Assembly: GCA_031400935.1 (NCBI GenBank)
Contig: JANNQV010000020.1
Location: forward strand, 1-64,000
Length of the DNA stretch: 64,000 nucleotides
Reading direction: 5' to 3'
Source of the DNA: Armatimonadota bacterium
GTDB lineage: Bacteria; Armatimonadota; Fimbriimonadia; Fimbriimonadales; Fimbriimonadaceae
Below, piece after piece: positions 27,795 to 36,398 of the stretch. Position 1 is the first letter of the stretch, and each line of letters starts with the position of its first letter. Made by a program: the position numbers and the translations under genes. The notes below the pieces were generated by a model. The model saw only the letters and a program-made list of their open reading frames with translations. It was not told where the DNA came from and made no database searches.

Positions 27795-28361
27795 TTAATC
27801 TGGGTGCAATCGGATTCTGCGAAGATCGTCGCGATAGACTGCCATGCCGGGAAATACCGGACTGTAAAGAGTTTTGCCTTGAAACTCGTGGGCGTATAAC
27901 CGAACATCTTCAACCGGAACTTGGTTGATCTGTCCATTTTTCAGAGCGACGATGTAAAAGCCTTCCGTTCGCCATGTTACTCCCTCTGCACCAACTCCAC
28001 GTGCCCGATTTGTTCTTGTATACAAATCGGTGCAAAACGCAAGCTCCTGGCGCCCAGGAAAACCAGGCACACCTGTCATAAAGCTGAGATAGAAGGGACC
28101 GCGCTTCTTAATGTCTTCGTCAAAATCTTGGTCTGGTAGCCTGAAAAGCCGACTATCAACCTGATTCCGGTTCCAATTTGCTAGCAAAAGTGCGTCATAA
28201 AGCTCCCTCGCTTGTTCCATTGCCTGTTCATGTCGGCCGTCGGTGATCAAATTGACATCCTGCGTGGAGCCAGGCCTTGTTGCAAAAAAGGATACACCAA
28301 AGCCAATCGCTGCGGCAATTGCACAAAATACTGCGAGTCTAGTTTGAACTTGGTTTAACAT
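27795..28361 (-). CDS. Hypothetical membrane-anchored protein
   Basis: 188-aa ORF with an N-terminal hydrophobic helix and GGAGG RBS. Confidence 0.65.
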   Translation of the reverse strand: MLNQVQTRLAVFCAIAAAIGFGVSFFATRPGSTQDVNLITDGRHEQAMEQARELYDALLLANWNRNQVDSRLFRLPDQDFDEDIKKRGPFYLSFMTGVPGFPGRQELAFCTDLYTRTNRARGVGAEGVTWRTEGFYIVALKNGQINQVPVEDVRLYAHEFQGKTLYSPVFPGMAVYRDDLRRIRLHPD

Positions 28362-28609
28362 AAGTTCGCCTCCGCTTCTACGGTGATTGTCTACTGACCG
28401 GTACCCGTTTGATTATTATACGCTGACAGTTTCCACACCGCGGCAATTTCGATAACTAATAACCAACAACCTAATCCCAAAAAAATAGCTATCAATTTTT
28501 CGAAATGTTTCGTACAATGTTAACTGGCTATGAACTATTTTGAAATAAATGGAACCGTTGCGCAAAGAAATCGTCATAGCAGATTGGGACTGGCCACCGG
28601 AGGGAAACT

Positions 28610-29503
28610 ATGGTCGTGGCACCTTGGATTGATAAAACGGAGTATCCGTTTGAATCAAAATGGTTTGAAGTAGGGAAAAAACGACTCCACTATGTGGATG
28701 AGGGAAGCGGGGATCCCGTGCTGTTTTTGCACGATTCGCCCGGCTGGTCATTTTCTTACCGCTACTTGATCAAAGGCTTGAAAAGCCAATTTCGTTGCAT
28801 TGCGCCTGATTTTATCGGTTTCGGCCTTAGCGACAAACCCGTGAACTGGACGTATCGTCCGGAACGCGATTTGGAATACATAACTGACTTTATTGACTCC
28901 AAACGGCTGGAAAATATAACGCTGGTAACGCATGGAATGGGCGGACCGATAGGCATGGGCTATGCCATCGCAAATCCTTCCAAGATAAAACATATTGTAG
29001 TGATGAATTCGTGGATGTGGCCGCTAACCGAAGTGGACGCAGTTCGAAAGATTGATAAGACAGTCAACGGTATTGCTGGAAGATTTCTGTACCTTTCGAT
29101 GAATCAAGCGGTTCGTACGATGATGAAGACAATTCATGATCGCACTCATTTCACAAAAGTTGCTAGAGAGCATTATTGGAACGCGTTGCACGAGCCATCT
29201 GAACGAGTAGGGCCTTACGGCTACGCCAGGGCCTTGCTGGGTTCCTCGCACTATTTCCAGAGCCTTTGGGATCGAAGAGAAGCTGTGCGCGACATTCCAG
29301 CCCTGGCAATTTGGGGCAATGAAGACAGAAGATTGACATCTAGCTCGGTTGAGCGATGGAGAATTATTTTTCCAGACCTTGAGGTGAAACGGCTTCCAAA
29401 CACAGGGCCGTGGGTAATGGAAGAAAAAGGCCCTGGAATCATGCCGATGATAGAAATGTTCTTGAATGATACAACGTATTTACCTACAGCATCTGTATTG
29501 TAG
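28610..29503 (+). CDS. Alpha/beta hydrolase (haloalkane-dehalogenase-like), catalytic residues apparently absent
   Basis: YPFES, HYVDEGSG and APDFIGFGLSDKP are present, but THGMGGP replaces HDWGG and TGPW replaces GH(F/Y). Confidence 0.8.
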   Translation: MVVAPWIDKTEYPFESKWFEVGKKRLHYVDEGSGDPVLFLHDSPGWSFSYRYLIKGLKSQFRCIAPDFIGFGLSDKPVNWTYRPERDLEYITDFIDSKRLENITLVTHGMGGPIGMGYAIANPSKIKHIVVMNSWMWPLTEVDAVRKIDKTVNGIAGRFLYLSMNQAVRTMMKTIHDRTHFTKVAREHYWNALHEPSERVGPYGYARALLGSSHYFQSLWDRREAVRDIPALAIWGNEDRRLTSSSVERWRIIFPDLEVKRLPNTGPWVMEEKGPGIMPMIEMFLNDTTYLPTASVL

Positions 29504-29536
29504 GTTAAGTTTTGGGTTTTGGGTTCTAGGTTCAGG
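29502..29536. repeat. Heptamer tandem repeat
   Basis: aggttaa gttttgg gttttgg gttctag gttcagg. Confidence 0.65.
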
Positions 29537-29539
29537 CTT

Positions 29540-31540
29540 CTACAGGAGCCATCTTTTCCACCAATCCAAAATCTCCTGTAGCCGATGCATACGTAAATCG
29601 GGCGGGCCGCCGCGCGACATTCCGTGACTTGTAGATGGCGGATATCGAACAAATCGGCAGGGAACTCCCAACTCTTGCAGCGCAGTGAACACTTGCTCCC
29701 CCTGCTCGATGTGGCACCGCAGGTCGCCTTCGCTATGAATGATCAGCATAGGTGTAGTCACGTTTTCAAAGTAGGCTATCGGGGAGTCTCGCCAAAGCTC
29801 CTCGATACCCTTCAAGCCCTGGTACGCAGCACCCTTCCAATAGGTTCCTGGATGATAAGGATAGTCCGTGTTCAGCGATTTGGAAACTAGATTGGAAACG
29901 CATCGGTCAGTGATCGCCGCCTTGAAATCGGTTGTATGCCCAACCGCCCAATTGACCATATAGCCTCCATAGCTTCCGCCTTCGATTCCCATTCGAGAAG
30001 TGTCCATATCAGGCTGGTCTTTGATCCAATTTTTGACTGCGGCGATGTCGGCCCAATCTGCGCCGCCCCAGTGTCCAGCTATCGCCTCGACATGCTTCAT
30101 TCCGTAGCCCTTCGAGCCTCTTGGGTTTGAATAGACAACTGTGTATCCATTCGCGGCCAAAAGCTGGAATTCAAAGAAAAACGTCCAGCCATACTGGCAT
30201 TGCGGTCCGCCGTGAATTTCTAACAAGGTTGGATTTGGATTGGAAATTGGCTCCGCTGGACGAATCGTCCATAGATGGACTGGGTACCCATCCGCTGCCT
30301 CTAAATAGGTTTCTTCGGGGGCGATGAACTGGACTTCATCCGCCAATTCTTGATTCAAAGCAGTTAGCCTTTGAACCTCATTTGTTTCAATATTTACGAC
30401 TGTAATTTCAGGAAATTCTGTTGGAGAACTGTGAAGGCAAGCAACCAAACCATCTCTTCGGAGGCTGCCCAACGTGAGGACATGATTCCCTGTCGTTTGC
30501 CCGGAAAAAGTCCCAGCTTCAAGATTGATAAATCCAACTTGAGACTGCCCATGCCAAGCCCATTGCGCTGCAATTGATTTGCTGTCGGGCATCCATTCTA
30601 GGAACGGGGAAGGCGATTCGGCTGTATCCGATAGCGTCGGTGTAGCAAGATCGTGATCCAAATGATCGGTAACGCATCGGCTTGAACCGCCTTCGACTGG
30701 GCAAACGAAGAGCCTTGTATTCTGAACGGCGCGATGGTCGTTCGGGTCGTCGTTGCCAAGATATGCGATCTGTTTTCCATCTGGAGACCACCGCACCGTT
30801 CCCTTTTCGCCTTTTGGTAAGCCAGGGATGATGCTCCAATTTCCAGCCAAATCACAAATGAAGATTTCATCGCCAATTGGGTCTATCCAAGGATTTTTGG
30901 CGGTCGTTGCGGTCAGGGCGATTTTTTGGGAATCCGGCGACCAATCTAGCGAAAACCAGCCGAGAGGGCATTGGTCAAAAATGCATTTCACTTCGCTTGT
31001 GGCAATTTCAAGAACGTAAACCTTGTGCCTTTGCTCCATGAAAAAGCCATCGCCATCAAGTCTGTAATGCGCCTTTTCTGTAACTTTTGGCGGTGCAGAT
31101 CGGCCATCCGTTTTCCTTTGGTCTGCGGCATCTTCTGTGAAATCTGAATGCGTCTCACGAAATGCGAACGCGATCCACTTACCGTCTGGCGACCATTTCC
31201 ATTCTCCAATGGAGCCTTCGGGCAGCTTAGTAATTTGGGCAGCTTCGCCTCCGTCCGCGCTGAGCAGATGAATCTGTGTGCCTGGCTTAGATCGGTTGCT
31301 CAAGAAAGCTAGTTGACAGCCTTCAGGGTTCCACCTTCCGCTCCAATTCTTCGAATCGCCAGAGGTCCACTGTTTCGATTCGCCCTTGAGCGAAACCGCA
31401 AACAGATGAGTTTCGGAGGCAAATTTCTCTCCTACTTTCTTGTATGTGAAAAGAACCTCATCAAATTTCGGCCGCCACGACGGGTCGCTTACGGATACGA
31501 TGCGCAGAATGTCGTCAACTTGGAGTGGTCGCTTTGGCAT
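29540..31540 (-). CDS. S9 family serine peptidase (acylaminoacyl-peptidase-like) with beta-propeller
   Basis: WSPDG repeats, IHGGP, GGSYGG, DLRC, SHG. Confidence 0.92.
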   Translation of the reverse strand: MPKRPLQVDDILRIVSVSDPSWRPKFDEVLFTYKKVGEKFASETHLFAVSLKGESKQWTSGDSKNWSGRWNPEGCQLAFLSNRSKPGTQIHLLSADGGEAAQITKLPEGSIGEWKWSPDGKWIAFAFRETHSDFTEDAADQRKTDGRSAPPKVTEKAHYRLDGDGFFMEQRHKVYVLEIATSEVKCIFDQCPLGWFSLDWSPDSQKIALTATTAKNPWIDPIGDEIFICDLAGNWSIIPGLPKGEKGTVRWSPDGKQIAYLGNDDPNDHRAVQNTRLFVCPVEGGSSRCVTDHLDHDLATPTLSDTAESPSPFLEWMPDSKSIAAQWAWHGQSQVGFINLEAGTFSGQTTGNHVLTLGSLRRDGLVACLHSSPTEFPEITVVNIETNEVQRLTALNQELADEVQFIAPEETYLEAADGYPVHLWTIRPAEPISNPNPTLLEIHGGPQCQYGWTFFFEFQLLAANGYTVVYSNPRGSKGYGMKHVEAIAGHWGGADWADIAAVKNWIKDQPDMDTSRMGIEGGSYGGYMVNWAVGHTTDFKAAITDRCVSNLVSKSLNTDYPYHPGTYWKGAAYQGLKGIEELWRDSPIAYFENVTTPMLIIHSEGDLRCHIEQGEQVFTALQELGVPCRFVRYPPSTSHGMSRGGPPDLRMHRLQEILDWWKRWLL

Positions 31541-31587
31541 TCGGAAAGGTTACCGCTTCGCCAAAACGCAGAGGTATATTGAGCTTA

Positions 31588-31959
31588 GTGGTCAAAGTGC
31601 AAAAATTTATTACGATAGTTGGAGTAGGAATGTTGATCGGAATGGCTACAAATGCGCCAACTCAAGTTCAAACTCCTTCGAATATGCATACGTACAGAAT
31701 TTACTTGGACGATTTTCGAGTTACAAAGATCATTCAATCTACCGACTCGGTCAAAACCGAGGGTATATCAAAGTATCGTACTTACCGCGTGCAATTCGGG
31801 CCGACAAGCTTTGTTACAGTCCAAGGAGGCAGGGTACTTTCCATAGACTTTTCAAGGGGCATTAAGCTCATCAAGGCCGGAGCAAAGCTCGATATAGACG
31901 GTCGGATGAATCCAGCTGATGGTCGAATTATTGCCAGAGTTGCGACATTCCAAAAGTGA
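31588..31959 (+). CDS. Small secreted hypothetical protein
   Basis: Hydrophobic N-terminus; GTG 31588 lies 7 nt after TATATT. Confidence 0.55.
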   Translation: MVKVQKFITIVGVGMLIGMATNAPTQVQTPSNMHTYRIYLDDFRVTKIIQSTDSVKTEGISKYRTYRVQFGPTSFVTVQGGRVLSIDFSRGIKLIKAGAKLDIDGRMNPADGRIIARVATFQK

Positions 31960-32065
31960 ATTGGCTGAAACACAGAATTCAAACCCTAATTGTCTATTGA
32001 GCGTTGGGGCTTGATTGTCCAATCTATTGCAGGAATTCTCGTCGGAAATCTCGAAGTAATTCCCC

Positions 32066-34015
32066 ATGGCCGCTGTGCCCCCTTCCGAACCCGCTAACTT
32101 TCAGGAAGGCTTTACGCTCAAAACGGCAATCGGGGCACTGTTTGTAGCCCTCATCATGCTTCCGGGTGGCATCTATCTCGGCCTCGCTGCAGGATGGGGA
32201 GTAGGCGATGCCGCTGAATGGGTGACCATCGTACTATTTGCCGAAGTTGCCAGGCGCAGCTTTCAGCCTCTGAGAAAGCAAGAAATCTATGTACTGTTTT
32301 ACATTGCCGCTTCTTTGACAACGGTTATCAATCAGGCTCGAGGGCTTGGCGGAGGGCCGTTCGGAAATCTGATCTGGAACGCATTCTTCGTTTCGAGCGA
32401 TGCTGCCAAACCGTTCGCAGGGCAAATTCCAGCCTGGGCGGTCCCCTCACCCAACAGCCCTGCAATTACAGAACGTGCGCTATGGCATGTTGATTGGAAA
32501 GCTCCGATCATTCTCCTTGTCCTCACCGATTTGGTCAGCCGCCTAAGCTGGATGAGCATGGGTTACGCGCTTTTTCGGGTTACAAGAGATATTGAGCAAC
32601 TCCCTTTCCCAATGGCTCCAATAGCGGCAGCGGGCGCGACAGCATTAGCCGATGCCGGAACCCAGTCTTGGCGTTGGAAAGTTTTTTCGGTGGGCTCACT
32701 GATTGGAATTGCGTTTGGCGCAATCTATATCGCTCTTCCAGTGCTAACGGGAGCGCTTTTTGGCAAACCGATTGAACTGCTTCCCATTCCATTTGCCGAT
32801 TTCACCCTTAGCGTTGAGTCGTTTCTGCCTGCGGCGATAGTTGGCCTGAGCCTCAGCTTAGGCAATCTGATGATTGGCTTCGTTTTGCCCTTTGAACTGC
32901 TTTTGGGTTCATGCATTGCCAGCGTGGTTGCTATGCTTTTGGTGAATCCGATTCTGTATCACAGCGGCTTGTTACCCAGTTTTCGGCATGGCTCCTCGGC
33001 GTTAGTAGCCAAGTTAAGCGCGGATATTGATTTCTGGCTCTCTATCGGAATCGGAATCAACATCGCGGTTGGGATTCTGGGAATTGCGCTAGTAATTCAA
33101 TCGTTTAGAAAAGCATTCCGAGAGCGAAAGGAAGCGAAATTTACTCTATCGCCTCCTCCTGGCAGGGGAGACGTTCCGATTTGGTGGGCGATTGGAGTTT
33201 GGGCGGCGTCAACTGGCGTACTCGTGATTGCTTGCCGGCTCCTTGTTCCAAGTTTTCCCGTTTGGATACTCTTAGTTTTCGGGTTCTTGTGGAGTCCGTT
33301 GAACAGCTATGTTTCTGCGCGAATGCACGGGATGGCGGGACGGGGCGTTTCTCTGCCGTATTTGCGGGAGGCCACGGTAGTGGCATCCGGCTACAACCGC
33401 CCCGACATTTGGTATGCGCCAATGCCGCTAATGGATCACGGATGGGCGGCGCAACGATTTCGGGAAGTTGAACTCACCGAAACCAAATTCACAAGCATCC
33501 TAAAAGCCGAACTTTTCCTTTTCCCATTGCTCTTGGCGGCAAGCTTTGGGTTTTGGGCGTTCTTCTGGCATTCAACCGCGCTGCCGTCATCTCAGTTTCC
33601 TTATGCGCAAAAATTTTGGCCGAACGAAGCAGCATTGCAAGCGGTCATGCAGCAGTTAAACGTGGCGCCAGGCGAGCGGCAAAATTGGGTGCTTTCTGCC
33701 ATCAAGCCTACGCACATAGCGGGAGGAGCTATCGGCGGCCTAGCTGTGGCTGGAATTTGTGCACTTTTCAAGGCTCCGCTGCTGTTCTTCTACGGCCTGG
33801 CGGGAGGCGTAGGGCTGATGCCTGCATTTACCGTGCCTCAACTCTTGGGCGGCTGGCTCGGGAAACGGTATTTCGCACGAAGGTATGGACAGGAGACTTG
33901 GGGGCAATACGCACCCATCGTTCTTGCAGGGTTTAGCTGCGGGGTTGGGTTGATAGCAATGGGAGCCATTGCTGTTGCGTTGATTGTGACTGCTATTTCG
34001 AGTGCGCCGTATTAG
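32066..34015 (+). CDS. OPT-superfamily-like peptide transporter
   Basis: Many TM segments; WVTIVLFAEVARRS and EQLPFPMAP motifs. Confidence 0.65.
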   Translation: MAAVPPSEPANFQEGFTLKTAIGALFVALIMLPGGIYLGLAAGWGVGDAAEWVTIVLFAEVARRSFQPLRKQEIYVLFYIAASLTTVINQARGLGGGPFGNLIWNAFFVSSDAAKPFAGQIPAWAVPSPNSPAITERALWHVDWKAPIILLVLTDLVSRLSWMSMGYALFRVTRDIEQLPFPMAPIAAAGATALADAGTQSWRWKVFSVGSLIGIAFGAIYIALPVLTGALFGKPIELLPIPFADFTLSVESFLPAAIVGLSLSLGNLMIGFVLPFELLLGSCIASVVAMLLVNPILYHSGLLPSFRHGSSALVAKLSADIDFWLSIGIGINIAVGILGIALVIQSFRKAFRERKEAKFTLSPPPGRGDVPIWWAIGVWAASTGVLVIACRLLVPSFPVWILLVFGFLWSPLNSYVSARMHGMAGRGVSLPYLREATVVASGYNRPDIWYAPMPLMDHGWAAQRFREVELTETKFTSILKAELFLFPLLLAASFGFWAFFWHSTALPSSQFPYAQKFWPNEAALQAVMQQLNVAPGERQNWVLSAIKPTHIAGGAIGGLAVAGICALFKAPLLFFYGLAGGVGLMPAFTVPQLLGGWLGKRYFARRYGQETWGQYAPIVLAGFSCGVGLIAMGAIAVALIVTAISSAPY

Positions 34016-34020
34016 GGAAA

Positions 34021-34150
34021 TGTTTTGGATGTTGGTTGTCAGTTATCAGTTATCAGTTGTTGGTTAGTGGTTGTCGGTCATTGGTTTTCTCAAACCGATC
34101 TCCGCTCGCCGATTTCGAAAAACCCCACACCCAATACCCAGTACCCGCTT
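34021..34150. repeat. Mosaic heptamer tandem repeats
   Basis: gttgtca gttatca gttatca gttgttg gttagtg gttgtcg; cccaata cccagta. Confidence 0.8.
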
Positions 34151-34152
34151 TC

Positions 34153-34812
34153 CTAATTCCCTGCCGCCCAAACCATTCCCCTGCGCATTAACTCTCCGGG
34201 AACTTCCTGCTCCAAGACCGCCAAACTATGCCCAAGTGCGCAATAAAAAACTCGCCCTAGCCCATAGAGCTTCGTCCAAACCTGAGGCATGAGGCAAGGA
34301 TTGTTTACATGAGGCCCACCAACATCATGGTGAGGGAATTCTGTATAGGCAAGCACGTTGTTGCCGGGATCGGTATGAAGGTAATACTGCTCGCTTTCAA
34401 CCCAAAAATCTGATAATCCGGCCGTAATTGAATGTCCCTTTGCTGGATCGAATTTCACTTGATACCGGACGCCGTCGTTGCCAGGATGCGCCACCCATTG
34501 CCCGCCAGTCATAAACTGCCATTCGTTAGATTCTCGGAAAGAATCGCACATTCCACCGTGGCAGCCCGCGATTCCAACTCCATGCTCAACAGCATTGCAA
34601 ACCGATTTGCATTGCTCACTTGTTATCGTTGACATTGTGATCACTGGCACAATCAGCTTCAAATTCTCGAACCGTTCAAGGTTCAGAAAATCGTCCATCG
34701 AATTTGAAACTTGAACCCGAAATCCATCGGCAACAAGCAAATCTCTAAGAAACTCAGCGACCTCTTTTGGCTGGTGTCCGTCCCATCCGCCCCAAACAAT
34801 CAATGCGTCCAT
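34153..34812 (-). CDS. ThuA-like domain protein
   Basis: GGWDGHQP, GGQWVAHP, SEQYY, GRVFYCALGH. Confidence 0.88.
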   Translation of the reverse strand: MDALIVWGGWDGHQPKEVAEFLRDLLVADGFRVQVSNSMDDFLNLERFENLKLIVPVITMSTITSEQCKSVCNAVEHGVGIAGCHGGMCDSFRESNEWQFMTGGQWVAHPGNDGVRYQVKFDPAKGHSITAGLSDFWVESEQYYLHTDPGNNVLAYTEFPHHDVGGPHVNNPCLMPQVWTKLYGLGRVFYCALGHSLAVLEQEVPGELMRRGMVWAAGN

Positions 34813-34867
34813 ACGATTCAGTCAGATTACCTAAAGGAGTCAATTGGGACAACGTATAATGATAGCA

Positions 34868-35092
34868 ATGAAGTTCGAACGTATTACGACGAATCCTGAG
34901 CAAATGGGCGGTGAACCGTGCATTCGTGGCATGAGGATGCCAGTCGCAACGCTCATTCGATACATTGCCGAAGGCTGGACAGTTGAACGCATCATTGAAG
35001 AATGGCCAGACTTAGAGCGAGATGATATTCGTGAGGCATTGCTCTTTGCGTCAGAAGCCACTAGAATACGCTACGTCCCGTTGTCGCAGTAG
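34868..35092 (+). CDS. DUF433 family antitoxin
   Basis: RITTNPEQMGGEPCIRGMRMPV...WPDLERDDIREAL. Confidence 0.88.
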   Translation: MKFERITTNPEQMGGEPCIRGMRMPVATLIRYIAEGWTVERIIEEWPDLERDDIREALLFASEATRIRYVPLSQ

Positions 35093-35097
35093 CTCAA

Positions 35098-35473
35098 ATG
35101 AAGGTGCTCATTGACAACAATCTGTCACCGAAGCTAGTGTCCGCGCTTGGCGATCTAGGTATTGAAGCTTCACATGTTCGTGACTAGGGACTACAACTTG
35201 CGTCGGACTCCGAAATTTTGGGAGCTTGCCGTAAAACTAAATGCTATAGTGTTAACGGCAGATACCGACTTTGGAGAATTGATCGCCTTGAGTGGACTTC
35301 AAAAACCATCAGTCTTGTTTTTGACCGGAGTTTTTCCAGCAGAACCAATATCGTTAGCCTTACTCATTGCAAACGTCTGCAATGGCAGAGATGTCGAATT
35401 GGAAAATGGCGCAATCATTGCGATCGAGAAGACTCGAATTCACATTAGATCGCTGCCAATAAGTACTGGCTAG
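35098..35473 (+). pseudogene. DUF5615/PIN-like toxin pseudogene
   Basis: MKVLIDNNLSP...HVRD, then in-frame TAG at 35185-35187 and an extra T near 35216-35219; continues as ...VLTADTDFGEL... Confidence 0.82.
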
Positions 35474-36324
35474 TTTTGGTTTTCAGCTAGAAACCTTAGC
35501 CGTTCCAATCGGACTGCCTCATTTTCGACAAACCATTCATCTGCGCTCAACTTCTCAAAAGCTACTCGGGCATGGACTGCGGCGCTGTTGAAGTCATTAC
35601 GATGTGCGTACAATTCAGCAAGTTCCTCGCAAACATAATGATCTTGATTTCCAATTTCGGATTCAAGTTGCTTCTGAGCTTCAAACGCTTCGTCGAATTG
35701 TTCAATCGCTCTCAAGCACCTTCCGATGCACCATCTTGCAATTTGTTCTTCTCTGACTTGGCCACGAAATTCTCGAACCGAACGAGCCCTTTGAAACAAA
35801 TCAAGTGCCTCATCGAATCGCTTCAATTCAAAAAGCGACCAGCCGGTGTTGTTGTAAAGGCTAGCCAGCCATTTTTGCGCTTTCGGATCAGCCGATGATT
35901 CGCAGAAATGAATCGTCATTAAGTTCCAATTGAGCGAATCTTCGCCATCCTCAACAATGCCGAGCATGTGCATTGCATCGGCGGTTAGCCCATCGTCGCC
36001 TAAGATTTTCGCAGCTTCTACCGCCTGATGAAACACCTGACGACTTGCAATTCGCCCACCACCCGAATTGATTACCCTTCCGCGCTCGAGCATGTATCTG
36101 ACTTCAGCGCGAGAACCCGCGCTCATTAAGGCAGCCGCTGAGTCAAGCACTTCGTGGGCTTCGTCAAATTTCCTTTGCAATCCAAGACTACGAGCGATTT
36201 GAGTCATGCATTCTGCTCTTTCATCGTTTGATTCGCATGTTTCCAAGAATTCTCGAAATCTGGACTCAGAAGCAGCTGGATCATCAAAATCCCAAAGTGC
36301 GTCGAGGGTTGACATGTCATGCAT
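35470..36324 (-). CDS. Tetratricopeptide repeat protein
   Basis: TQIARSLGLQRKFDEA, SLYNNTGW; ATG 36324 lies 6 nt after CATAAT. Confidence 0.8.
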   Translation of the reverse strand: MHDMSTLDALWDFDDPAASESRFREFLETCESNDERAECMTQIARSLGLQRKFDEAHEVLDSAAALMSAGSRAEVRYMLERGRVINSGGGRIASRQVFHQAVEAAKILGDDGLTADAMHMLGIVEDGEDSLNWNLMTIHFCESSADPKAQKWLASLYNNTGWSLFELKRFDEALDLFQRARSVREFRGQVREEQIARWCIGRCLRAIEQFDEAFEAQKQLESEIGNQDHYVCEELAELYAHRNDFNSAAVHARVAFEKLSADEWFVENEAVRLERLRFLAENQN

Positions 36325-36398
36325 TGGGTAATTATGAAGTTCAGCCACCGCCGAAAGTTCCAGGCAAGAAAGTTCCTTGCCGGTACAATTGAACTTGC

